64,000 nt of DNA, taken from assembly GCA_016432245.1 (NCBI GenBank), contig CP066680.1, positions 238,303 to 302,302 of the forward strand, given 5' to 3'. Below the pieces are notes generated by a model that did no database searches, was not told the origin of the DNA, and saw only the letters and a program-made list of their open reading frames with translations. This stretch comes from Deltaproteobacteria bacterium. Its GTDB lineage: Bacteria; Myxococcota; UBA727; JABDBI01. The position numbers and the translations under genes are program-made. This document shows positions 28,568 through 38,326 of this stretch, in pieces (position 1 is the first letter of the stretch; each line of letters opens with the position of its first letter).

Positions 28568-29470
28568 ATGCTTACATTTCAAAATATAATCTTAAAACTA
28601 CAACAATTCTGGCAAAAACAAGGATGCATTTTACTTCATGCTTCTGATATAGAAGTCGGCGCTGGAACTTTAAATAAACACACATTCCTTAGAGTTTTAG
28701 GTTCAGAACCTTGGAAAGCTGCCTATGTTGAGCCATGCCGAAGACCAACTGATGGTAGATATGGAAAAAACCAAAATAGATTACAACACTATTATCAATT
28801 TCAAGTTATTTTAAAACCTTTCCCTCAAAATATTCAAGATATTTATATAAATTCTTTAAAAAATATTGGACTAACTCCTCGTCTATGGGATTTGCAATTT
28901 TTGGAAGATAACTGGGAACATCCTGCACTAGGGGCAACTGGGTTAGGCTGGGAAGTTTGGTGCCATGGAATGGAAATAACTCAATTTACTTACTTTCAAC
29001 AATGTGGAAGTATTGAAATCAATACACCTGTTTGCGAAATCACTTATGGACTAGAACGCATAGCGATGTGTATTCAAAATGTAACTAATATTTTTGACAT
29101 TGTTTGGGCATCTTCAAATTTAACAAAAATTACTTACGGAGAAATTCATAAACAAGATGAAATCCAATGGTCTTTCCATAATTTTAAGATAGCTGATATA
29201 AACATTTGTTTTCACCATTTTGACAATTACAAAAAACAAGCCACAACTTTGCTAGAAAACAACCTGCCTATTCCTGCATATGACTATATTTTAAAATGCA
29301 GTCATCTATTTAATATTCTAGATGCAAGAAAAGCTATTTCTCACAATGACAGACACTTTCTTATAAGCGAAATTCGTCACTTAGCGCAAAAGTGTGCTGA
29401 AGCATATCTAAAATCTAAACAACAATTCAATTTTACCATGGAGATAAACCCCTATGAATCTTGTAGTTGA
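28568..29470 (+). CDS. glyQ: glycyl-tRNA synthetase alpha subunit
   Basis: TFQNIILKLQQFWQKQGC...EPCRRPTDGRYGKNQNRLQHYYQFQVILKP matches GlyQ closely. Confidence 0.95.
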   Translation: MLTFQNIILKLQQFWQKQGCILLHASDIEVGAGTLNKHTFLRVLGSEPWKAAYVEPCRRPTDGRYGKNQNRLQHYYQFQVILKPFPQNIQDIYINSLKNIGLTPRLWDLQFLEDNWEHPALGATGLGWEVWCHGMEITQFTYFQQCGSIEINTPVCEITYGLERIAMCIQNVTNIFDIVWASSNLTKITYGEIHKQDEIQWSFHNFKIADINICFHHFDNYKKQATTLLENNLPIPAYDYILKCSHLFNILDARKAISHNDRHFLISEIRHLAQKCAEAYLKSKQQFNFTMEINPYESCS

Positions 29471-31346
29471 AATAGGATGCGAAGAGATTCCTCCATCAGA
29501 TGTTAAAATTTCAAAGAAATTTCTTTCCACTTTCGTTCCTAAAGAAATTCAATTGAACGCTTTATGTTTTCAAAAAATTGATATATACACAACAACTAGA
29601 AGAATTATTATCCTCATTCAAAATATTACAAGACAAAATTCTTACAACACATTTACTGGACCCGTTATAACTGCATCCTTTAATGCATCTTTCAGTCTAT
29701 CTTCAATTGGATTTTCTTTTTTTTCTAATAAACAACTTCCACTTGAGCAATCTTTTATTTCAAGAGCACATCAAAGCTTTTTATCAGGCTACTTATTTTT
29801 TTACCTTAACCCAATTGAAAATACTTTAATTTCTATTATTTTAAAATCTTTATCTAAAATTCCATTTAATTCAAGTATGTTTTGGAATGAGTCAAAAATA
29901 AAGTTTGTCCGCCCTATCATATGGATTGCCTGCCTATTAAACAATAAAATTTTGCCTTTTAAATTCGCAAACATTCTAAGCTCTAATTTCTCAAGAGGGC
30001 ACCGCCTATTATCATCTAACCCAAGACAAATTAAAGAATCTAACTACCTAAGTTTTTTAAATGAAAATCATATCCTAATAAAATCCGAAGAAAGGAAATC
30101 TCGCATTTTATCAAGATCTAAAAAATTATCACGCAGCGTCAATGGTAAATTATCTCGAAATAAAAAGTTAGAAAATATCCTATCTAATCTATCAGAATCT
30201 CCATGGCCAATCCTCGGAAGTTTTCATAAAAAATATTTAAAAATTCCACATGAAATTTTAAGTTATGAAATCGAATTAAAACAAAAATGTTTAAAAATTG
30301 TTAGTAAATCTAATCATCTATTACCTTTTTTTCTTATCATTTCTAGTTTAAAGCCTCAAAATACAAAAAAAATAATTATAGGATATGAAAATATTCTACA
30401 AGCACGCTTTCAGGATGGTCTTTTTTACTTTCAAGAAGATATTCTCAACAATTTCTTGATAACCTCTAGCGATTCTTCCCTTCAGGCAATCGCACTCAAA
30501 ATTTCAAAAGAATTTTCCTACCATAAGCTTAATCTCTTAACTCATGCCTGTATATTATGCAAAGCAGATCTGAAAACATTTATTATCGACGAATTCCCAG
30601 AGTTACAAGGAATTATTGGGGGAATTTATTCTAAGTACCTTAAAATTCACTATGCAATTTCAAATGCAATCTATGAACATTACCTTCCTAAATTTATTAA
30701 TGATGAATTTCCAAAAACAAAACTAGGCATAATCTTATCTTTAGCAGATAAATTACAGGTTCTTTACAAATTTCCAATTCCAAAAACAAACATAGATCCT
30801 TTCGGTGTGAGAAAATCTACTATTAATTTTATTAAAATTTTGTTATATTATTATGTGCCTATCAATTTAAAAGACATACTAGAGGAAGATATATTATATT
30901 TTTTTCTCTTAAGAATAAAACACCTTCTTGCTGAAAAATACCCAATCTTATTAACAGAAAATTTTTTTCATACTCAAAATAACAACATCTCAAATGCATT
31001 TCTTGTAATCCAGCTCACATTAAGAAGCAACTTAAGTTCTCTTACGGCAATATATAAAAGAATCAAAAATATACTACAGCAAAGTATTCTCACATCGCCA
31101 ACCACTCTTAATTACACTACCTTAATCGAAAAAAAAATATTTATTATTCTTCATAAAATTTCAAATGAAAAACAATATGATAAAAAGATCTTATTACTAA
31201 TAACCCTAAAACCATACATTGATTTATTTTTCAATACGACAATTATACTTGCTCAAAATACATTTATTCAACGAACTCGTCTATCTCTTTTAATGAATGT
31301 TTACAATGAAATAAACAACATTATACATCCTCACATTCTTAAATAA
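29454..31346 (+). CDS. glyS: glycyl-tRNA synthetase beta subunit (divergent, short)
   Basis: Starts MNLVVEIGCEEIPP (the GlyS LL.EIG.EElP pattern), with FRGHRLL-type SRGHRLL. Overlaps glyQ by 17 nt. 630 aa. Confidence 0.8.
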   Translation: MNLVVEIGCEEIPPSDVKISKKFLSTFVPKEIQLNALCFQKIDIYTTTRRIIILIQNITRQNSYNTFTGPVITASFNASFSLSSIGFSFFSNKQLPLEQSFISRAHQSFLSGYLFFYLNPIENTLISIILKSLSKIPFNSSMFWNESKIKFVRPIIWIACLLNNKILPFKFANILSSNFSRGHRLLSSNPRQIKESNYLSFLNENHILIKSEERKSRILSRSKKLSRSVNGKLSRNKKLENILSNLSESPWPILGSFHKKYLKIPHEILSYEIELKQKCLKIVSKSNHLLPFFLIISSLKPQNTKKIIIGYENILQARFQDGLFYFQEDILNNFLITSSDSSLQAIALKISKEFSYHKLNLLTHACILCKADLKTFIIDEFPELQGIIGGIYSKYLKIHYAISNAIYEHYLPKFINDEFPKTKLGIILSLADKLQVLYKFPIPKTNIDPFGVRKSTINFIKILLYYYVPINLKDILEEDILYFFLLRIKHLLAEKYPILLTENFFHTQNNNISNAFLVIQLTLRSNLSSLTAIYKRIKNILQQSILTSPTTLNYTTLIEKKIFIILHKISNEKQYDKKILLLITLKPYIDLFFNTTIILAQNTFIQRTRLSLLMNVYNEINNIIHPHILK

Positions 31347-31355
31347 GTCTTTCTT

Positions 31356-31922
31356 TCATATATCCCCTCTCAATTTGTCCATAACTAATTTTAAATCTCT
31401 CCATACATACTTTTTAAACTTTGGACATCGCAATAAAAAAGATGGATGATAAGTTGGCATAACACTTATTCCTTGATATACCTTCCATATACCTGCCACT
31501 TTACTAATACTTTCTATAGAATTAAACAAACTCTGATACGCACATGCCCCTAATGTAACAATTACTTCTGGCTTAATACTGTCTATCTGCTTTATTAGCA
31601 CAGGAATACACGCCAAAATTTCTACAACCGTCGGTCTTCTATTTAAAGGAGGCCTACACTTTATAATATTACAAATATAAACATCTTCTCTCTTTAAATG
31701 CATAGAATGTATCATCTTTGTTAGTAGCTTCCCTGCATTTCCAACAAAAGGCCTGCCAGCTTTATCTTCTTCCTTCCCTGGGGCTTCTCCTATAAACATT
31801 AATTTAGCTTGAGGGTTCCCTTCTCCAAACACAATTGATGTTCGGAATTTGCACAACTCACATTTTACACACCCTAAAAGATCTTTTTGTATTTTAAGCA
31901 AAAAATCACTCATTTTGAACAC
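31356..31922 (-). CDS. uracil-DNA glycosylase, family 4
   Basis: GEGNPQAKLMFIGEAPGKEEDKAGRPFVGNAGKLL, N-terminal CxxCxLC Cys cluster, and HPSFLLR near the C-terminus. Confidence 0.85.
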   Translation of the reverse strand: MFKMSDFLLKIQKDLLGCVKCELCKFRTSIVFGEGNPQAKLMFIGEAPGKEEDKAGRPFVGNAGKLLTKMIHSMHLKREDVYICNIIKCRPPLNRRPTVVEILACIPVLIKQIDSIKPEVIVTLGACAYQSLFNSIESISKVAGIWKVYQGISVMPTYHPSFLLRCPKFKKYVWRDLKLVMDKLRGDI

Positions 31923-31997
31923 TCATATTCTATAAAAAGCGTATTTACAATATTTTTTTTATACATTTATATATTTTTTTGATATATTCCTTACATA

Positions 31998-32864
31998 ATG
32001 CATTTTTTAACCTGGAAAAAATCAATAAAAATTTTCATACACTCCCTTGAAATACGGGGATTTAGTTCCAACAGTATAAGTGCATACTTACACGACTTAA
32101 AGCAATTAGCAACTTATGCTATTCAACAAAAAATAAGTATCTATAAATTATCACGAAAAGATCTAATCCAATACCAAATAGCTTCATTGTCCCTAAAATT
32201 GAGTAATCGAAGTCAAAATCGACACCTTTCTTCCATACGACAATTTTTCAATTTTTGGATAAAAGAACGATTAATATCTAAAAATCCTTCTTGCGCTTTA
32301 AATTGCAAAGCTCAACTAAAACTCCCTGTCTTTTTAAATAACAACGAAATAGATAAATTAATTCAGGCTAGTCAAAAAAATTTAAAACATTTTACAATGC
32401 TTCACATTCTATACGCAACAGGAATCCGAATATCAGAATTATTAAAGATTACAGTTAACGATGTTAATTTAGATAAAGCATATATAAAAATACATGGAAA
32501 AGGAAATAAAGAACGACTTGTACCAATGAACCCTAAAGCAATAACTGCAACGAAACACTATTTGAAAACAAACTATATTGAAAAAGAAACATTAAATCTC
32601 TATTCTCCAATATTCAAAATGCAAAGACAATCTTTCTTTAAACTTTTTAAAAAATATGCAAATATAGCTAAAATCAACAAAACAATATCTCCACATAAAA
32701 TAAGACATTCTTTCGCAACCCATCTATTTGAAAAAGGTGCTGATTTAAAAGTTATTCAATCAATACTTGGTCATAATGATTTAAAAACAACTGAAATATA
32801 TACCCATATAAACACTCTAAGATTACACTATACATATAAAAAATTTCACCCTAAGAGTAAATAA
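31998..32864 (+). CDS. tyrosine recombinase, XerC/XerD family (second copy)
   Basis: ATGIRISELL ... HKIRHSFATHLFEKGADLKVIQSILGHNDLKTTEIYTH. Confidence 0.9.
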   Translation: MHFLTWKKSIKIFIHSLEIRGFSSNSISAYLHDLKQLATYAIQQKISIYKLSRKDLIQYQIASLSLKLSNRSQNRHLSSIRQFFNFWIKERLISKNPSCALNCKAQLKLPVFLNNNEIDKLIQASQKNLKHFTMLHILYATGIRISELLKITVNDVNLDKAYIKIHGKGNKERLVPMNPKAITATKHYLKTNYIEKETLNLYSPIFKMQRQSFFKLFKKYANIAKINKTISPHKIRHSFATHLFEKGADLKVIQSILGHNDLKTTEIYTHINTLRLHYTYKKFHPKSK

Positions 32865-32916
32865 ATTTACAAAATCAATTTATTTTTATAAGTTTTTATG
32901 TTATAAATTAACTTTC

Positions 32917-33606
32917 ATGTATATCACATTATTATATTTTTTCATTACTTTTTTTCTAACAATGTATGCACATAAGTCAACTCATTACATAGTCTCTTTA
33001 ATTTGGAAATCAGATCATTCATTCTCACATTTTAATAAAAAGCTAATAAATCATATACAACCCATGTGGTCAATCCTTACTCCGTTATGTTTATTCCTGC
33101 TAACATTTATTTCTTATGAATTTTTACCTCTAATTCTAGTTGGAAAAATGCCATGTACTAATTTTAACAAATTCAAATCACTTCCCCGTGAAAAGAAAAT
33201 TGAAGCCCAAATAATTACCCTATTATCAGGTTTTTTTATAAATATGCTAATTGTCTATGCAATTTCTATAGACATAAATCAAATGAATTTTTTACATAAT
33301 ATTCCTCAATTAGCAAGTCTACTTATATTGATCAATGTTCAAACAGCTTATTTATACGCATTGCCGTTCCCTACAAACGATGGCTATGATTTATTACGAG
33401 TCATCTTCAAATATTTTAAATTGCCATGGGAAACCTTTTCTGAAACATTTATTTCTAAATCAACAGTTGTTGCTATTATTCTATTTGGAGGTGCAACGAT
33501 TGTTGCCTTTGATGCTTTTATGGTAGCTTTTACAATGTTAGCTAGCGCTAGATCAAATAATATAATATTCTTATTATTAAATTCTTTGCTATCTTTCTGT
33601 TTATAG
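32917..33606 (+). CDS. polytopic membrane protein, M50 (site-2 protease)-like with altered metal motif
   Basis: Multi-TM ORF. TM1 carries AHKSTHYIV where M50 proteases have HExxH. A later segment, YLYALPFPTNDGYDLL, resembles the M50 NLLP.PPLDGG motif. Confidence 0.35.
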   Translation: MYITLLYFFITFFLTMYAHKSTHYIVSLIWKSDHSFSHFNKKLINHIQPMWSILTPLCLFLLTFISYEFLPLILVGKMPCTNFNKFKSLPREKKIEAQIITLLSGFFINMLIVYAISIDINQMNFLHNIPQLASLLILINVQTAYLYALPFPTNDGYDLLRVIFKYFKLPWETFSETFISKSTVVAIILFGGATIVAFDAFMVAFTMLASARSNNIIFLLLNSLLSFCL

Positions 33607-33615
33607 GAATCAAAA

Positions 33616-34176
33616 ATGGGAAAGTTGCGAATTACCGGAGGGTTTTTATTAAATAAAAAAATTGAAACATTAAGCAATAATGCTCAAATTCAAATACAAC
33701 CTTTAAATGACCGCATTAGAAAGTCTCTTTTTTCTTCCCTTTTGCCCAATCTACATTCTGCACATGTATTGGATCTCTTTTCTGGAAGCGGAATTCTAGG
33801 ATTTGAAAGCATCTCAAGAAATGCTTCTTCTGTTCTTGGAATTGAAAAAAATAGCCAAACATGTGAAGCAATTTCTCAAAATATCTCTAACTTAAAACTA
33901 AATACTAATTATTCTATCATAAATCAAGACGTCTTTTCATATATTTTCCCAAAACAATTTGATATCATTTTTATAGACCCACCATATAATTTAAAGTTAC
34001 CTCAACTTTTTTGGACTCAAATACACTCTGCAACTTTTACACATACTATTATACTACTTAGGATTAAATCACTTCCATTATTCTCCCTTCCAAAAGATTT
34101 TCTTATATTTAATTACAGAAAATATAAAGAAATCTCAATTATACTTCTAAAACCTAAATTTGAAAGTATTACTTAA
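33616..34176 (+). CDS. rsmD: 16S rRNA (guanine966-N2)-methyltransferase RsmD
   Basis: [13 protein letters not shown]..., SAM motif [18 protein letters not shown], and catalytic IIFIDPPY. Confidence 0.8.
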   Translation: MGKLRITGGFLLNKKIETLSNNAQIQIQPLNDRIRKSLFSSLLPNLHSAHVLDLFSGSGILGFESISRNASSVLGIEKNSQTCEAISQNISNLKLNTNYSIINQDVFSYIFPKQFDIIFIDPPYNLKLPQLFWTQIHSATFTHTIILLRIKSLPLFSLPKDFLIFNYRKYKEISIILLKPKFESIT

Positions 34177-34552
34177 GTAATACTTTTGCACCTTCTGTTT
34201 CCAGTTTAGATTTTATGGACTCCGCTTCCGCTTTTGATATTCCTTTTTTCACCATATTTGGAGCTCCATCTACTAAATCTTTTGCTTCCTTTAACCCCAA
34301 TCCTGTAATCTCACGAATAATTTTTATTACTTGTAATTTTTTTTCGCCTACTGTTGTTAACTCCACATCAAATTCTGTTTTTTCCGCAACTGGTTCTTTT
34401 GTTAATTCTTTTAACATTTCCCCACTACCACTTCCACTACTAACATGTGCACTTACGCCCCATTGTGTTTCTAACTTTTTCACTAATTCAACTGCTTCTA
34501 AAATACTCAATGAAGATAAATCTTCTATCAATTTTTCCATATTTAAAGTCAT
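34169..34552 (-). CDS. rplL: 50S ribosomal protein L7/L12
   Basis: [17 protein letters not shown] ... [23 protein letters not shown]...[17 protein letters not shown]. Confidence 0.95.
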   Translation of the reverse strand: MTLNMEKLIEDLSSLSILEAVELVKKLETQWGVSAHVSSGSGSGEMLKELTKEPVAEKTEFDVELTTVGEKKLQVIKIIREITGLGLKEAKDLVDGAPNMVKKGISKAEAESIKSKLETEGAKVLLK

Positions 34553-34570
34553 TAGAAATTCTCCTTTCCC

Positions 34571-35080
34571 TTAATTAGCTCTCGCCCGAATAACACCAAG
34601 CATATTACTAGCCGGTGCATGAATTTGAAGTAACAAAGATTCAATCGAACCCTGTATTAGTTTTACTAATCGCATTCTTATTTGCTTTTTATCTGGTAAT
34701 TTTGATAAATTAATAATCTGATCTAAAGACTGCTCTTCTCCTAGATGATATCCAATTCGAAGTTTTAATTGCCTTGTTTCTTGATATTTCATTAAAAGTT
34801 TCGAAGCTACCACAAGATCATCTCTGCTCCAAACAATCGCTGTCGATTTTAAAAAGTCCTTTTCAATAAAGTTAAAAAAAGAGTATTTCATCGCCACTCT
34901 AGCTACTTTATTTTTTACTACTTTAAAACCAACACCGTGCTCCTTCAAACTTCGTCTTAGCACTACAAGTTCTGAGGTTTTTAGTTTATCTATCTCCATT
35001 AAAATTAACGATTGTGCTTTTGTAAAAATATCATTTAAATTTCTTATTTGTTTTTCTTTTTGAAATTGATTCATGACCAA
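34571..35080 (-). CDS. rplJ: 50S ribosomal protein L10
   Basis: KLKTSELVVLRRSLKEHGVGFKVVKNKVARVA fits uL10. Position is directly upstream of rplL. Confidence 0.85.
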   Translation of the reverse strand: MVMNQFQKEKQIRNLNDIFTKAQSLILMEIDKLKTSELVVLRRSLKEHGVGFKVVKNKVARVAMKYSFFNFIEKDFLKSTAIVWSRDDLVVASKLLMKYQETRQLKLRIGYHLGEEQSLDQIINLSKLPDKKQIRMRLVKLIQGSIESLLLQIHAPASNMLGVIRARAN

Positions 35081-35209
35081 TAATCCTTTAATTTTCCAAA
35101 ATATTATAAAAAAATTAAGTAGCCATAGAATAATAGCATAATCTGAAGAGAAAGCAAGCGATCTATTTCACGTCTGATTACTTAAAATTTTAATAAATTT
35201 AATCTAAAT

Positions 35210-35893
35210 TTAATTTAATTGTGCAATATCTAATTTAATCCCAGGACTCATCGTCGATGAAACAACAATTTTTTTTATATAATTTCCCTTTATTGAAGAA
35301 GGCCTCATTTTTGATATCGCATCTAAAAATACATTAATATTATCCCTCAATTGGTCCCTGGAGAAAGATAACAACCCTACCGGTGCATGAATTATGTTTC
35401 CTTTATCTGATTTAAATTCGATACGTCCCCCTTGCAGGTCTTTTATAGCTTTTGTGACATCCGCAGAAACCGTTCCTAATTTCATATTAGGCATTAGGCC
35501 CTTTGGGCCTAATGTTTTCCCCAATTTGCTTATCAACCCCATAAGATCAGGTGTTACTATTAATTTATCGAAACCTAAAAAACCATTTTCAATTTTATTC
35601 ACTAAATCTTCATCCCCTACTATATCCGCCCCTGCTTTTCTAGCTTCTTCTGCTAAGTTGCCCTTTGCTATGACCGCTATTTTAACCGTCTTACCTAAAG
35701 CATGTGGTAAAACTACAAACCCTCTAATATTGAGAGCCTCCTGCTTCCCTTCTTTTGACAAGCAAACCGCTATATCTACAGTTTCATCAAAATTTGACTT
35801 AATCTCCTGAAAAAAACTATAAGCATCATGTAGTGAGTATAGCCTGTTCCCTTCTAACTTCTGCAATAAATATCTATATTTTTTACCTCTCAT
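35210..35893 (-). CDS. rplA: 50S ribosomal protein L1
   Basis: FDETVDIAVCL ... RGFVVLPHALGKTVKIAVIAKG ... LGPKGLMPNMKLGTV. Confidence 0.95.
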   Translation of the reverse strand: MRGKKYRYLLQKLEGNRLYSLHDAYSFFQEIKSNFDETVDIAVCLSKEGKQEALNIRGFVVLPHALGKTVKIAVIAKGNLAEEARKAGADIVGDEDLVNKIENGFLGFDKLIVTPDLMGLISKLGKTLGPKGLMPNMKLGTVSADVTKAIKDLQGGRIEFKSDKGNIIHAPVGLLSFSRDQLRDNINVFLDAISKMRPSSIKGNYIKKIVVSSTMSPGIKLDIAQLN

Positions 35894-35894
35894 A

Positions 35895-36338
35895 TTACTC
35901 TCCTATATCTATCCCCATTGACCTTGCTGTTCCTGAAATGATTCTAATACCCGCTTCTATATTGTCACAATTCAAATCAACCATTTTAAGCGAAGCAACT
36001 TCCTTTAACTGATCTTTAGTTAGTTTAGCAACTTTTTCTTTTCCTGGAAGCTTCGAACCTGATCCTGGTTTCCCATCTGTTTTTAATCCAAGTATCTTTT
36101 TCAACAAAACAGATGCCGGTGGTGTTTTACACTCAAAACTAAAAGACTTATCTGCATATACTGTAATTACAACCGGTATAATCATACCTATTTGTCCTAT
36201 CGTTTTTGCATTAAATTCCTTGCAAAAATTAGGTATGTTTACACCATGTTGCCCCAAAGCTGGACCCACTGGAGGTGCAGGTGTTGCCTTTCCTGCCGGC
36301 AATTGCAACTTAATAAAGGCATTGATTTTCTTCTTCAT
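35895..36338 (-). CDS. rplK: 50S ribosomal protein L11
   Basis: [35 protein letters not shown]. Confidence 0.95.
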   Translation of the reverse strand: MKKKINAFIKLQLPAGKATPAPPVGPALGQHGVNIPNFCKEFNAKTIGQIGMIIPVVITVYADKSFSFECKTPPASVLLKKILGLKTDGKPGSGSKLPGKEKVAKLTKDQLKEVASLKMVDLNCDNIEAGIRIISGTARSMGIDIGE

Positions 36339-36369
36339 AATATTTCCTATAGTAAAAAACTATTAAAAA

Positions 36370-37032
36370 CTAAGCAACATGTGAGACCTGTGAAAAACTA
36401 ACCTCTACTGGTGCCGTGCGACCTAATATTAAAAGTAAAACTTTTAATTTTTTCCTCTGCATGTCTACTTCTTTTACTTTCCCATAAAAATTAGCAAAGG
36501 ACCCTTTTGTAACAAATATTTCATCTCCTGCATAAAACTCTTGGCCATCAGATTCTTGTTTTTCTTCATCTACAAATAATCGCTTATTTATCTTATATAA
36601 AATCATTAAAAATTTTTCGGTTACAACTTCAACAATATCATTCAAATCCACCTTTATACACGCTACCCCTGTCGATCCTAATACTGTGTAACATGTTTCT
36701 AGAGTTAATTTCATTCGAATAAGAATCCAAGACTTGTCTTTTTCAATTTTACCACCCATGCCTTTTGAACTTCTTTCAATGATACTTATAAAGTGTTTTG
36801 GTACAAATATCCTGCTAAAGGAACCCCTTAGCTCACTGCGAGAAATCCTTGCCTCAATAATTCTAAGGACTTTCATTGGATCTTTTGCATTAATTGTAAA
36901 CAAATACCACTGAAACTCGCTTTCGCCTATAACCATACTTGTAATTTTATCTCGATGAATATGTTCAATAAAATTAGCTATATTCTCTTCTTCAAAGCTA
37001 GTTATTATTTCTATTCCTTCCCTATCATCCAC
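36370..37032 (-). CDS. nusG: transcription termination/antitermination factor NusG (with N-terminal extension)
   Basis: NGN start WYLFTINAKD and the KOW motif GDEIFVTKGSFANFYGKVKEVDMQRKKLKVLLLILGRTAPVEVSFSQV. About 40 residues precede the NGN domain. Confidence 0.85.
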   Translation of the reverse strand: MDDREGIEIITSFEEENIANFIEHIHRDKITSMVIGESEFQWYLFTINAKDPMKVLRIIEARISRSELRGSFSRIFVPKHFISIIERSSKGMGGKIEKDKSWILIRMKLTLETCYTVLGSTGVACIKVDLNDIVEVVTEKFLMILYKINKRLFVDEEKQESDGQEFYAGDEIFVTKGSFANFYGKVKEVDMQRKKLKVLLLILGRTAPVEVSFSQVSHVA

Positions 37033-37058
37033 CTCATTACACCTCCTTTTCTTTAATA

Positions 37059-37427
37059 TTATTTTACAAAAATTAAAGTAAACATTAAATCAAAAGTTCC
37101 TAATATAAATGCGAACAAAAAAATAACACTTATTACTCCTATTATTAAGGCATCTATTCGAATTGGCCATATCACCATAACTATTTCCTCTGCACATTCC
37201 CAAAGGAAATATCGTATTTTTTTTATTTTAATGCCCGCTAAAATCATAAAGAACAAGGACCCCACTCCCCATGTCGGTTTTAAATCCATTATTTTTTCAA
37301 GATGCATATTGCGAATACCTAAAAAGTATACACATGCGGATACGCACATTTTCAAAAAAACAGAAAACCATAACCATATGGCAGTTGCTAAAAGAAAAAC
37401 ATATCCTAATTTTATTTTCATATGCAT
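37059..37427 (-). CDS. secE: preprotein translocase subunit SecE (three-TM form)
   Basis: C-terminal RYFLWECAEEIVMVIWPIRIDALIIGVISVIFLFAFILGTFDLMF fits the SecE signature (e...ElkKV.WP.r.e....t..Vi.....). Lies immediately upstream of nusG. Confidence 0.7.
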   Translation of the reverse strand: MHMKIKLGYVFLLATAIWLWFSVFLKMCVSACVYFLGIRNMHLEKIMDLKPTWGVGSLFFMILAGIKIKKIRYFLWECAEEIVMVIWPIRIDALIIGVISVIFLFAFILGTFDLMFTLIFVK

Positions 37428-37579
37428 ATTCCTCCATTTTTTTCCTTTCCAATATTTTTAGATATTAATGTGGAAGACATAGTACTTCCTCGATTTTCTA
37501 AAAAATTCTTACGTTTTTTTCCTGCTGTTCTTCTCTTCCTGTAGCGTATTGTCCATGTTCTTTTAGTTGGAGATGCCAT
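37418..37579 (-). CDS. candidate small basic protein (53 aa), N-terminus reminiscent of ribosomal protein L34; may be non-coding
   Basis: Hand translation gives MASPTKRTWTIRYRKRRTAGKKRKNFLENRGSTMSSTLISKNIGKEKNGGICI*. KRTW-x5-KR has the same spacing as bL34 MKRT[FW]QPSxxKR. The C-terminal half does not match bL34. Its 3' end overlaps the secE start in another frame. Confidence 0.2.
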   Translation of the reverse strand: MASPTKRTWTIRYRKRRTAGKKRKNFLENRGSTMSSTLISKNIGKEKNGGICI

Positions 37580-37791
37580 GTTTAGGTATATTAAATCCTT
37601 TTTAATTACTTGTAAAGATCTCTCCTAAATGAAAAGTAAAAACATTGATAACAGAATAAAAAATAAAATAGACTTCTTTACTAACCATAATAACAATGAT
37701 AAAAAAGATTTTATGAGAACACTTTATATCTCTCTAAAAAAAAAGAAAACTCTTGGCATTTTCGCCTTTAACTCAAATTGTTTAAAAAACA

Positions 37792-38325
37792 ATGATTTCT
37801 GACAATCGACTAGTCTGGCTAGACCTAGAAATGACAGGACTTGATGAACATCATTGTCATATTTTACAAATCGCAATAATTATTACGGATTTTGCCTTAA
37901 ACGAACTTATTGCTGCCGACATTACTATTTGGCAACCTAAATCTATTATAGATAACATTTGTCCAAAAATTAAAATTATGCACTCAAACAATGGATTATT
38001 AAAAAAAGTAAAGTCTTCAAAAATTTCATTACCAGATGCTGAAAATTATATTTTTCAAATTTTACAAAAACATGTGCCTTTCAATAAGGGATATCTTATT
38101 GGAAACTCTATTCATGTAGACAGAGCTTTTCTTAAAAAACATATGCCTATTCTTGAAAAATTTTTACACTATCGACAAATAGACGTGTCTTCCTTAAAAG
38201 TCCTTTGTCATGAATGGTACAATATGTCTTTTCATACCTCTATAAAGGCCCACACAGCCCTTGAAGATATTCGACAGAGTATTAACGAACTAAAATATCT
38301 AAGAACAAACTGTTTTAAAGATTAA
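37792..38325 (+). CDS. orn: oligoribonuclease
   Basis: DEDDh exonuclease motifs: LVWLDLEMTGLD, GNSIHVDRAFL, HTALEDIRQSINELKY. Confidence 0.9.
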   Translation: MISDNRLVWLDLEMTGLDEHHCHILQIAIIITDFALNELIAADITIWQPKSIIDNICPKIKIMHSNNGLLKKVKSSKISLPDAENYIFQILQKHVPFNKGYLIGNSIHVDRAFLKKHMPILEKFLHYRQIDVSSLKVLCHEWYNMSFHTSIKAHTALEDIRQSINELKYLRTNCFKD

Positions 38326-38326
38326 A

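Noticed and set aside
35081-35209. rplJ (L10) leader autoregulatory RNA in the 129-nt rplA-rplJ spacer
   Set aside because: The position is right, but I could not fold a convincing kink-turn or L10-binding mimic by eye in this AT-rich spacer. A covariance-model search is needed.
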